From positions 1 to 64,000 of the forward strand of contig CAVZMI010000020.1 of NCBI GenBank assembly GCA_963776275.1: a stretch of 64,000 nucleotides of DNA. Direction: 5' to 3'. This document shows positions 50,304 through 61,966 of the stretch, one piece after another. Each line of letters opens with the position of its first letter. Within the stretch, counting starts at the first letter, position 1. The DNA comes from Ignavibacteriota bacterium. GTDB taxonomy: Bacteria > Bacteroidota > Ignavibacteria > UBA10030 > CAVZMI01. The notes beneath the pieces were generated by a model. That model searched no databases. It saw only the letters and a program-made list of their open reading frames with translations, and was not told the origin of the DNA. Both the position numbers and the translations under genes were made by a program.

Positions 50304-52415
50304 ATGAATATTCAGGAAACGATCTCGGCTTTATCAAAATTAGCGTACAATCTTTGGTGAGCCTGGAATCCTGAAGCACAGAAGATATTCGAAGTGCTTT
50401 CTCCATATCTATGGGAACGAACAAATCATAATGCGGTCGCCGTGCTGAAAAGCATTTCACCTCAGGAATTGCAGGCCCGATTATACGAACCCGATTTTAC
50501 AATACGTGTCGACACGATATTGAATGAATTTGCCAAATATATGCAGAAAACGAAAAACTGGTGCACGGATATGGAAGGTCAGAATTCGCATCAGCCTGTA
50601 GCTTATTTCAGTGCGGAATTTGGATTACACGAATCACTGCCGATTTATTCGGGCGGACTCGGTATCCTTGCCGGCGATTTTGCCAAATCGGCCAGTGATC
50701 TTGGAATCCCATTTGTTGGAATCAGTCTGTTTTATCGATATGGATATTTCCAGCAGCGGATTGGTCCGGACGGCTGGCAGCAGGAAGATTATGCGGCTGC
50801 AGATCCGATGCTATTACCTCTGGAGCTGGTCACTGATCCCAAGGGTTCTACATTGGTCTGCAATGTGGAAATCAATCATGCGACGATTGCTTTCCATGCC
50901 TGGCGTCTCAATGTAGGACGGGCAGTGATTTATCTCCTTGATACAAACCGGCCGGAAAATGAAGAACGATTCCGCGATATCACAGCACGTGTGTACGGCG
51001 GCGATGCCACCATCCGCATCTCGCAGGAAATCGTTTTGGGAATCGGGGGAATACGATTACTACGAGCAATAGGTGTCACACCCTCAATTTACCATTTAAA
51101 TGAAGGACATTCCGCATTCCTGACACTCGAACTACTGCGCGAAAAACTTGCCTCTGGAAACACAATCGGGGATGCCGAGACGCATGTGCGCAAAAGAACG
51201 CTCTTTACGACACATACTGCCGTTTCAGCAGGTCACGATCGATTTTCTCCTTCGTTATTGGAATATATGTTTGAACGTTTTTCCCGAACCATACCAATCT
51301 CAATGCATCAGCTCCTGGGATATGGCCGGGCAAATCCGGATGACCAGAATGAAGGATTCTGCATGACCATTCTTGCACTAAAAATGTGCTCGAATGCAAA
51401 CGGCGTAAGTAAACTTCACGGCGCAGTTAGTCGTGAAATGTGGAGACATCTCTATTCTAACATGACGGCCGAGCAAATCCCGATCATTCACGTCACAAAT
51501 GGTATTCATACGGGTGGTTGGGCTTCGGAAAAAGCTCATGAGTTCTGGAACAAACGACTGGGATTCGATTGGACCGCACGATTGATGGAACCCGAGTACT
51601 GGAAACAGCTTTATGATGAGAAATATGCTAACGACGGTGAATTATGGGCACTCCGATATGCACTCCGCCGTGAACTTATTGAATTTACACGCTATCGTCT
51701 TCGCCGTCAACATCTCAGACACGGGAGCGACCGGATTACAATGTACGATTCGATACTCTGTCCCGATACGCTTACGATCTGTTTTGCTCGTCGGTTTGCC
51801 ACGTACAAACGGGCTCCTTTACTCTTTCGGAACCTGGATCGCATAATTGCAATCATTACCGATTCTCGTCAACCGGTTCAGGTAATCTTTGCAGGGAAAG
51901 CACATCCCCGTGACGATGATGGAAAAAGATTTCTCAAATATATTATTGAGATGACTCGCCATCCTCAGTTGTTCGGGAAAGTTGTTTTTATCGAAGACTA
52001 TGATATTAATGTCGCCCGATATATGGTGGCCGGAGCCGATGTATGGTTGAATACTCCGAGGCGTCCGCTTGAAGCCAGCGGTACCAGTGGAATGAAAATT
52101 GGAATTCATGGAGGTCTTCATGTGAGTACCATGGATGGATGGTGGCGGGAAGGATTCGATGGATCAAACGGATGGGCAATAGGGAATGATGCCACATCCG
52201 ATAATCCCGATCAACAGGATGCGCTCGATGCAAGTTCGTTGATCACGCTGCTTGAACAGGAGATCGTCCCGCTATTTTACCAGCGCAATGACGACGGAAT
52301 TCCTCACGGGTGGATCCAGCGCATTCGACATGCCATGGGGACTTTGATTTCGGTGTACAGCTCCGACAGAATGGTTGTAGAGTATGGACGACGACTTTAT
52401 TGCCACATGAAATAA
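50304..52415 (+). CDS. glgP: Alpha-glucan (glycogen/maltodextrin) phosphorylase; in-frame TGA at 50358-50360
   Basis: LAYNLW*AWNP N-terminus, YFSAEFG, YSGGLGILAGD, HLNEGH, ARRFATYKR, EASGTSGMK. Confidence 0.93.
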
Positions 52416-52434
52416 TAAGGCGAAGGATGGATCA

Positions 52435-53271
52435 TTGATACGAAAGATAATTCTCTGGAGTATTTCAATTTTCATCACTGCTCTTGTTGCATATTACCAG
52501 CTGGTCACGGGCCCCACCTATCCGGTCTCGGGAACCACAATAATTGCCGGAAAAATAATTCCATATAGATTTGAACGGAGTCATGACATCTCGGGCAATG
52601 CCGTCGTAACAATCTTTACCGGCGATACCGTGATCAGAGGTCGATTGGAATGGAAAAGATTTAAGACAGATGATGAATGGACAAGCATTGAGATGAAATA
52701 TTCAAACGATACATTAAAGGCTGAACTCCCCGTGCAACCACCTGCAGGAAAGCTGCAATATAGGGTCTTTCTTAATTCATCAGAAGCGACAGTTCAAATT
52801 CCTGCTATTGATTCCGTCATCATACGATTTAAAGGAATTGTCCCCATTGGTATTCTTTTATTTCACATCATCGTGATTTTTGGGGCGATGCTCCTGTCGA
52901 CACGGACAGGATTAGAATTTTTCAATCCGGAACCCAATATCCGCCTGCTTACATACTGTACGATAGGATTTCTTTTTATCGGTGGTGCAATCCTCGGTCC
53001 GCTCGTTCAATACTATGCTTTTGGAGTCTTTTGGTCAGGATGGCCGGTCGGGACTGATTTGACCGACAACAAGACGGTGATTGCTATGGTTGGATGGATT
53101 GTTGTTGGGGCGCTCCTACCACGCCTCCAGAAACCGAAGACCTGGGCTCTTGGAGCTGCGATTCTTCTGATAATTGTCTATTTGATTCCGCACAGTCTAT
53201 TGGGATCGGAACTCAATTATGCGGCACTCAACAAGCTTCACCCAAAGGCAGATAGCACCCTTATCCGTTAA
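52435..53271 (+). CDS. Hypothetical integral membrane protein
   Basis: N-terminal TM, TGPTYP, QPPAGKLQY, four more TM segments, DLTDNKT, IPHSLLGSEL. Confidence 0.75.
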   Translation: MIRKIILWSISIFITALVAYYQLVTGPTYPVSGTTIIAGKIIPYRFERSHDISGNAVVTIFTGDTVIRGRLEWKRFKTDDEWTSIEMKYSNDTLKAELPVQPPAGKLQYRVFLNSSEATVQIPAIDSVIIRFKGIVPIGILLFHIIVIFGAMLLSTRTGLEFFNPEPNIRLLTYCTIGFLFIGGAILGPLVQYYAFGVFWSGWPVGTDLTDNKTVIAMVGWIVVGALLPRLQKPKTWALGAAILLIIVYLIPHSLLGSELNYAALNKLHPKADSTLIR

Positions 53272-53364
53272 GCTCTACATCGAATACTACAAAATCGCCT
53301 ATACTGGCGGAAAAGAGTTCTATGTTGGTTTTAGTGCAATCCGAGTCTAATATAATAACATGAC

Positions 53365-53393
53365 TTGCAAATAATATCGACATTTCGTATCAT
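53365..53393 (+). promoter_or_regulatory. Putative sigma70 promoter
   Basis: TTGCAA-17 nt-TATCAT upstream of the response regulator. Confidence 0.55.
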
Positions 53394-53428
53394 GGACAGA
53401 TAAATCACCCCATTTTGTCGGGGAGAGC

Positions 53429-54493
53429 ATGGTAGCAAAAACGTCAAGTGAACGTCTGAAACAGGCTGGTGACCTTTTCAGACAAAAAGAATACGATAAG
53501 GCTCTTGAAGAACTCGATCTTCTATTAAATGACGATCCGAACAATATGTACGCCCGCGCTGCCCGAGAGAAAGTACGCACAGCCCGCGATCTAGCCCACG
53601 AACTCGGCATAACGGAACGACGTCAGGATATCGAAGCCAAACGGCGCATGGCGATCGGACAATCGCAGCGTGTTGAACACCAGAAACTCCTCGCGAAGAT
53701 CGAAGAAGAAGGACGAAGACGCCGAGAAGAGGAGTTGAAAAAACATCAGGCCGATGAAGAACGCCGACTTCGCGAAGAACGATTCCACCGATATCAGACT
53801 GCTTTAATTGAAGCATGGTCAGACGGCCTCCTCTCTGAAATTGAAACCCAACATCTTGCAGAGCTGCGTGTACGATTCAAGATCTCCGATCAGGTTCATA
53901 CGACGATGCAGCGGAGTGTGCAACTTGATGCATACATCAAGGCACTGCGTGAAGCGTGTGAGGAAGGCCGATGTTCAATCAGTAAGCCCGATACATTTGA
54001 AGAGATCAGAGTGCAATACGGTGTTACTCTTGAAGAACACCTAAGCGTTGCGGGTGCGATTGCATGGCAGCTGAAGGTTCATGAAACGAAAGGAGCAGTG
54101 GTCATTGTCGATGATGACCCGCTTGTTTTGCGGATGACACGTATGAATTTTGAACAAGCCGGATATATTGTTGAGACCTTCAACGACTGTGAAGAGGCGT
54201 TTATCTTTGTTAAAACGCATCGTCCGGATCTAATCATATCAGATGTTATTTTTACCCCTCCAAAGATTAATGGATTCGAATTTCTCCAGCGCATTCGCAG
54301 CGATCCCCGACTGGTTGCCGTGCCATTTGTTTGTATAAGTGCAATGGCCGATCGCCCCCGGATTCTTGCCGGCATGAAGCTTGGAATCGACGATTATTTT
54401 GCAAAACCAATTGATTTTGCACTTCTTCTCGCCTCGGCCGAAGGAAAAATTCGGCATTTTCACGAACTCATCAACTTGCGATACGGCAGTTAA
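53429..54493 (+). CDS. Orphan response regulator: TPR + charged helix + TerB-like helical repeats + C-terminal REC
   Basis: REC motifs VIVDDD, PDLIISDV, NGFEF, DDYFAKP; N-terminal TPR; AWSDGLLSEIE..L..LR...ISD repeat. Confidence 0.85.
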   Translation: MVAKTSSERLKQAGDLFRQKEYDKALEELDLLLNDDPNNMYARAAREKVRTARDLAHELGITERRQDIEAKRRMAIGQSQRVEHQKLLAKIEEEGRRRREEELKKHQADEERRLREERFHRYQTALIEAWSDGLLSEIETQHLAELRVRFKISDQVHTTMQRSVQLDAYIKALREACEEGRCSISKPDTFEEIRVQYGVTLEEHLSVAGAIAWQLKVHETKGAVVIVDDDPLVLRMTRMNFEQAGYIVETFNDCEEAFIFVKTHRPDLIISDVIFTPPKINGFEFLQRIRSDPRLVAVPFVCISAMADRPRILAGMKLGIDDYFAKPIDFALLLASAEGKIRHFHELINLRYGS

Positions 54494-54593
54494 CCAGAGG
54501 ATTTTTTTACTCCTCTGCTCCCTGGTCCCTATTTGCACCACCACAACTACCCATCATAACGGACTTTCAATATCCCAACAACTAGAAAAACAC

Positions 54594-54622
54594 TTGCAAT
54601 TGTTATAAAAAAAAACTATGTT
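54594..54622 (+). promoter_or_regulatory. Putative sigma70 promoter for the cold-shock gene
   Basis: TTGCAA-17 nt-TATGTT about 220 nt upstream of the ATG; long leader as is typical of csp genes. Confidence 0.5.
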
Positions 54623-54848
54623 ATTACTGCAAATGACAGTACACCGTGTTTGCGCTTAATACACAATCGCTTTTAAAGTAACTGGTTCGAACAGAGTGGT
54701 TTCGAAGTTCGTCCAGCTGTTTGCGTGATCGTCGCGGTTTTTTGGGGGGAATACCACAAGAAGCACGCATCGTGACGTATTGCGTTATTAAGAGGCAACA
54801 AAGGCTGTACAATTTTCGAAATAATTTTGTTCGAAAGGGTGATGTTCC

Positions 54849-55049
54849 ATGGAACGAGGAACAGTTAAGTGGTTCAATGCCGCTAAAGGTTATGGCTTTA
54901 TTCAACGTCCTTCAGGCGAGGATGTATTTGTCCACTTCAAGGCAATCAACTCCGAAGGCTACAAAACTCTCAACGAAGGAGATCAGGTAGAATTTGAGGT
55001 TGAGCAGGGTCCGAAAGGCCTGCAGGCAGCCAACGTCACGAAAGTATAA
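54849..55049 (+). CDS. cspA: Cold-shock protein
   Basis: [34 protein letters not shown]. Confidence 0.97.
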   Translation: MERGTVKWFNAAKGYGFIQRPSGEDVFVHFKAINSEGYKTLNEGDQVEFEVEQGPKGLQAANVTKV

Positions 55050-55063
55050 ACCTTGCTGCGATG

Positions 55064-55093
55064 AAAACCCCGGCAGCACCTGCTGGGGTTTTT
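55064..55093 (+). terminator. Rho-independent terminator
   Basis: aaaaccccggcag-cac-ctgctggggttttt. Confidence 0.82.
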
Positions 55094-55124
55094 CATTATA
55101 GCCAAGCTGAACGGGAGAGCGAGT

Positions 55125-55325
55125 ATGACCGGAACGGTAAAATTCTTCAACGACTCAAAGGGATTTGGCTTTATTACAACAGAACAGGGTGAAGATGTTT
55201 TTTTTCATAGAAGCAGCGTGAAAGAGACCGGTTTCCGAAGTAATCTCTGCCAGGGCGACACTGTCAATTTTGAAATCCGTTCTGATGCCCGAGGAAAACG
55301 GGCCTTCAATATCATCCGCACATAG
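55125..55325 (+). CDS. Second cold-shock domain protein
   Basis: GTVKFFNDSKGFGFI, DVFFHRS. Confidence 0.93.
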   Translation: MTGTVKFFNDSKGFGFITTEQGEDVFFHRSSVKETGFRSNLCQGDTVNFEIRSDARGKRAFNIIRT

Positions 55326-55708
55326 TAATCTCTCATGTCATCGTTCTATCGTTACATCCCTTTCTTCAGTTTTATGAAAAAATACCGATAATTGTATTGG
55401 GAATCATTATTCTGGATCAGAATTTCCTCTTCTGATGAAGAAAAATTAATTCAAAAAATGACTTCTTCGGGCAACTTTCCCAATTTATAAGCGTTATTAT
55501 TTATAGAGGGATTAAAAATAATAAGGAAAAGAATCGTGACGCAATGGTACAGTACAATGCCTCTCTCTTTTCGCGAACAGAGAGAATATGAGCAGGTTCT
55601 TCTAGAAGAGCTTGAGACTCAGTGCTGGTACAGCGTCACCTGGTGTACAGCGACAAAGGCTGAGGTTTTTCTCTGCATACAGTAGGGCCGAAGGGGAGGG
55701 GTACTCTT

Positions 55709-55864
55709 ATGAAGACAATAACATGGACAGCGTTACTTGCAACGGCAATTGTCGTTCCAATTCTCGTAATGATGAAGAAAGAGAAGGAAGGTCTTTTGCC
55801 GATTCAGACGAATGAAAATATCCGTTATGACATCAATGACTATATGGAAAGTCAGGGGTTGTAA
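55709..55864 (+). CDS. Small (51 aa) single-TM protein not in the ORF track
   Basis: GGGGAGG Shine-Dalgarno, ATG...TAA; MKTITWTALLATAIVVPILVMMKKEKEGLLPIQTNENIRYDINDYMESQGL. Confidence 0.6.
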   Translation: MKTITWTALLATAIVVPILVMMKKEKEGLLPIQTNENIRYDINDYMESQGL

Positions 55865-55908
55865 ACGGTAGTATAAAAGTCAGGGGTCGCGCTGGTTTGG
55901 GGGAAGAA

Positions 55909-57222
55909 TCACTTTAAATAATATTTGAGAGGATTTGGAAAGATCCTGCATTCTTCTGCGACACGAAAATTATTCACTATGCCTTCGTCTCGAAGTTTAT
56001 AGAGACGCGGAACCATTTTATCGCGTATTTCAAGAGGTGTTAACGGGTTTATAAAGATACTCGTCCCCCCCTCGAATCCCGCAGGCACATTGACCCGCCA
56101 TTTCAGCATGATATACCATGGCATTTTATACACAGCATCGATGGGCGTATAATACCATTCTTCATTGCATGAAATCTGGCTCCCCATCGCTGCATGACAT
56201 GCATGCACCAGATTGCTCATCCCGCGAATTTCATCGTCACTATGTTCATACGGCCGGCAGTTGTACGATTTTGAAAAAATTTCGATCGTCGGATATCGGT
56301 GTCCGATTCCAACCGTTGCTATAGCAAAATCGTTTTCTGCAAAGACAAGATTTAGCTGTGCCCCGAAATTTGCACCATTTTCGTTGAATACATTTGGATC
56401 CTCGCGCACCATGCGTATCTGCTGGCTAATCGATTCTCCCCATTCATCCAGCGCCACAAGCTGTTTATGAAGATGATCGAATGATGCACCCGCAGGCCGA
56501 AGCCAGTTTTGAAACACACTGATATAACGGATATACCGGTTGTTCTCAAATAATTTCCGCATTGCATCGATGGTAAATCGAAAATATTGATAATGTTCTT
56601 CCCGCGTCATTTCACCGGAAGAAAATAATTCTGAATCCCACTGCGTATTCGGTTTATAATGCCGTCGTGCAATAATCATTTCATGTCCGCCGCCGAAGAA
56701 TGCATCCGCCATTGCCAGTTTCTCATCAAGCGGCATCGAATCTATATACTGTTCGCTTTTTCCCGACATCTTCATTTTGTAGGAAAGGATATTCAGAATA
56801 TGATTCAGTCCGCTTGGATTGGCAATGTACTCATCGCGTGCGGCTTTATTCTCGGCTGTCAGTCTGTAACTGTAATTTTTTCTCCAGTAATCAATGGTGA
56901 CAATTTCAAAAAGGTTTGATACGCGGCGAAATTCTGCGACCGAATTGAAATACTGATCGGGAGAAAGATGCGGCCGATAGAGATAATTGCTGTTTTCGAG
57001 CACCAGTCGTGCTTTTTCTGGAGGCGTCTCGAAATAACGGGACTGGCAAAAGCTGCAGTAGTCTTCTATTTCTTTATGTTCGATACGCTTCGCGTTTGCG
57101 GGTATTTCATTAGACAGAGGTTTACTCCCGCGTCCGGGGACAGACCAGACCTCGGTCCCTGCGAACGGATTGATTTGCTTCACCGTTCCATCAGGCATGA
57201 TTGTATAAAAATTGTTCTGCAT
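55909..57222 (-). CDS. DUF4921-family GalT/HIT-like protein
   Basis: MPDGTVKQINPFAGTEVWSVPGRG, CSFC, ETPPEKAR, VFQNWLRPAGASFDHLHKQ, AGFEGGT. Confidence 0.8.
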   Translation of the reverse strand: MQNNFYTIMPDGTVKQINPFAGTEVWSVPGRGSKPLSNEIPANAKRIEHKEIEDYCSFCQSRYFETPPEKARLVLENSNYLYRPHLSPDQYFNSVAEFRRVSNLFEIVTIDYWRKNYSYRLTAENKAARDEYIANPSGLNHILNILSYKMKMSGKSEQYIDSMPLDEKLAMADAFFGGGHEMIIARRHYKPNTQWDSELFSSGEMTREEHYQYFRFTIDAMRKLFENNRYIRYISVFQNWLRPAGASFDHLHKQLVALDEWGESISQQIRMVREDPNVFNENGANFGAQLNLVFAENDFAIATVGIGHRYPTIEIFSKSYNCRPYEHSDDEIRGMSNLVHACHAAMGSQISCNEEWYYTPIDAVYKMPWYIMLKWRVNVPAGFEGGTSIFINPLTPLEIRDKMVPRLYKLRDEGIVNNFRVAEECRIFPNPLKYYLK

Positions 57223-57274
57223 AGTCCCGATTTCCCTTTTCAAATAGCTCTCACGATTTGTCCGGCAGCAAATC

Positions 57275-58683
57275 CTATTTCGGTTTCACTACTGCTGCCA
57301 GTAATTCATCAACCTTCGCAGGCGTGTCAGCCTCAGCATAAAATCGAATAAGCGGTTCTGTACCTGATGCCCGAACGAGAACCCATCCCCCATCGACAAA
57401 AAATTTGTACCCATCTTTATCCTGACGCGCCCGGACCGTATATCCAGCGACGGATTGTACTCCCTTTTTATAGATGGCCATGATCCGGTTTTTTTCTTTC
57501 AGTGTCAGGTGTACATCAATGCGATTGAAATAATGTTCCCCGTACTCATCGAATAATTCCTGAACAAGTTCGCCTAATTTCTTCTTCCTCTTTGCCATAA
57601 TCTCGCACAGAAGCAGACCGATGTACGTCCCATCCCGCTCCGGAAGATGTCCTTTGACACCGAGCCCACCGCTCTCTTCACCGGCAATCAGGATATCGCG
57701 CTCGATCATGAGCCGGCAGAGATACTTGAAACCGACCTTGGTCTCATGAAGCCGCAAACCATATTTTAAACACATCGCATCAACCATTTGGGTTACCGAG
57801 AAGGATTTTGCGACTTCACCGGTCATCTTTTTTCTTCAATGAAATATTTTAGGAGAAGACAAAACATACGATGCGAATCAACAAAATTCCCCCGCTCATC
57901 GACGGCACCGATCCGGTCTGCATCACCGTCGGTTGCTATACCTATATCATAGCTGCCGGATTTCATCGCTTCTATTAATGGAGCCAGATTCTGTGGAAGA
58001 GGCTCGGGATTCACCCCACCGAAAGAGGGATTGAATTCCTGACGCAGCGTCGATATCCCCGGAATGATTTTTCCCATCACCCCCTGTCCCGCTCCGTGCA
58101 TTGCATCGTACAGAATCCGGATGTTCGATGATGTAATGAGATCGCAATTGATTTTCGACTTGATATCGGCAATGTAGAGTTCATGAAAATCCCGGACGAC
58201 GACTTTCTTCTTCTTGACAAGCGTTTCAAGAGGCAGTGCCTGTGCAAACACTGCGGATTTCTTCTTCAGGATAGGGCTCAACCTTGCTTCGACCTTCTCG
58301 ACTTCTTCCGGAAATGCCGGGCCGCCAAAATCTCCTTTGATCTTGAATCCGTTGTATCGGGCAGGGTTATGACTGGCCGTAATAACAATGCCACCGGCCG
58401 CGTTGAGTTTCCTCACCGCAAGCGATACAGCTGGCGTGGATGTAATTCCCGATCCTAGAAGCGCTTTAATATTTGCAGTTCCTAGTACTCTGGCCGTGAT
58501 TTCGGCAAACTCTCGGGAGAGAAACCGCGAGTCGTAGCCGATCACAACACCGTTCTTTATCTTTTTATGCCGGCGGAAATATTCGGCCGTTGCACGAGCA
58601 ACAGCAGCCACGTTTTCAAATGTAAAGTCATCGGCAATCAATCCTCTCCAGCCATCGGTACCGAATGTAATCGTCAAAGCCAT
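57275..58683 (-). CDS. Phosphoglucomutase/phosphomannomutase; frameshift in the T-run 57828-57833
   Basis: FGTDGWRG, ITASHNP, DGDADR, then VGFKY, GEESGG, RASGTEP in the next frame. Confidence 0.94.
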
Positions 58684-58721
58684 ACAGATTCCTTCTACTT
58701 CACACCCGAACATTTAATGAA

Positions 58722-60014
<1,293 letters not shown>

Positions 60015-60309
60015 TTATCCCTGTAGTAAGGTTGTTTCTCAGCTTTTGTTATTCTGAGATTGAAAAATCAGCTTGTAATAAAATCAAAAAGCGGTTGAAA
60101 ATCAATGAGAGAAATTTTTTCTGAAAGGTGAGAATATGAATCTGTGCGCGGATGGTCGTTTTTTCAGGATATTCATTCATTATGAATGTTATACAATTTC
60201 TTTTTCCATGCTTTTCCAACTGATCCGCTCAGTAACAGCCCGAAAAACTTCTTCAATATCGAGACGCTTCAGGAAATTTCTCACGTAATGCACGGACAAT
60301 CGGTGCCGG

Positions 60310-61762
60310 TCATCGACGCCACCGATCGACAAAATTTGACCAGACATTCTCTGCTGGATAGCCGGTAAGCATATAAAACGGATGTCCGTTGTTCTGTGCT
60401 CCGGGCCCGGTTTGAAAAATAAAAACTGCATAGCCCTGTTGAAGATTATAATACCATGTTTCACTTCTTCCCGGCTGGCATTCGAGTTCCGCCGGAGGAC
60501 CGGCAACAATGTATGTCATCCCCATCGGCGTACGCCATCCGTCAGCAATGCCTGTAAAATATTCATTCGCCTGACGAACACGACCGTAGAATTCTTGACG
60601 ACGAGCCGGATCGAGTTTTGTATTCCAAAACTGTTCGAGCCGTTGGGCGCGTTCTTCTTTATTCGCCGGCGCTCTTAACGAATCATATTCATCCCGCTCC
60701 GTAATATATTGCAGCGGACCTATGAGATCGTCACTATCGACAACATCCGGAAAGTATTCTGAATGAATGGTAAGAACTCTGCCGATATGGAGAGTATCCG
60801 TTTTCCCCTCTTTTTTCTTCGCCACTTCCGTTAACAATTGATATCGGCCGGGCGGTGGGACTATAAATGAATTAAACAATTGTGTCGGCGATCCTACTGT
60901 AATAACAATTGTATCGGAACGAGCAAATTCATTATCGAGTTTGGGTAAAAACAATTCCTGTAGAGGGATGTTCAGTCCTCCCGGAGCAGCAATGGTATCA
61001 GGACGGACAAATCCTTGATCGTATCTGGGTGTGAATAAATACTTCGGATTGAAGAAGGATTTGTATGAATATGGTGAACTCTGATGTTGTCGATCATAAT
61101 CAATATGAAACGGTACAATTCTGGTACTCACATGAAGAGTGTCGATGTCGAGAGAATCGTAGACTTCCATAAATGTCGAGAACGACCGGAATTTTCCGAT
61201 ATCGGATGGAAACATCGGCGTGATTGTTTTAATTCCCTGGTCTCTCCGTGATTCTTTGAAGAAGAACAATATCGCTTGCTTCAAGCTGACCAACCACCGG
61301 ATGGACATTCACTTCTTTCCGCTCTTCTTGCTGCTGCTGTGAATGTTCGTCAAGAATTGTCACCGCAAGCGTATATTTCCCCGTCGGAAGAACGAATACC
61401 CGGAGAGTCGCTTCACTCTCATTGGATACTGTACGTTCATAGTCTTTGACCGAAACCGTTTTTGACCACTCCTGCATCGCGATTTGCTTCTCATCGGATG
61501 TAAGTACTCGTACACTGACAGAATATGATGCAATAAATGTATTCCCCGCTTTCTGAAATTTCAGATTCTTGAAGGGAATCTGGAACAGAATATCAAGACG
61601 CGGTTTTCCATCCGCGACAAAATTCACAGCATCAAATGAAATCAACGGAAGCGTCGTACGTTCGATGGCTGCCGAGTAGAAACAGGTGGCTATCCGGTTC
61701 GACGAACTGCAGCCGGCAAGAAGAAAAATAACGGCGAGTACGAAGAGAAATGTACGGGGCAT
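60310..61762 (-). CDS. GWxTD-domain lipoprotein; frameshift at ~61258
   Basis: Lipobox LLAGC; C-terminal LQYI, QFWN, EFYGRVRQANEYF, GWRTPMGMTYIVAGPP, ETWYY. Confidence 0.78.
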
Positions 61763-61966
61763 ACCTTGTTCACCGATTTTCATACAGGAATAATACTGAG
61801 AGAGGTTTGGAAAAGCAAGTATTAAAAACAACCATCCTCACGATTTATCACTCATGGAGTCTACCAACCTATAAAAATCAATAAAGAATACAAATTAGCG
61901 GTTTTACGATACTAGACTCATAAATCATCAATCCTCAATCATCATCCCGAAATCCCTAAAGCATTT

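Noticed and set aside
50358-50360. Alternative genetic code (TGA=Trp)
   Set aside because: Only one case; trmD, moxR, ubiX, the TonB-C gene and others terminate at TGA in the expected places.
55545-55560. Sigma54-like TGGTAC...TGC motif
   Set aside because: GG-to-GC spacing is 11 nt rather than the required 10.
55612-55815. 67-aa ORF in the track
   Set aside because: The overlapping 51-aa frame has the Shine-Dalgarno, ATG and protein-like composition.
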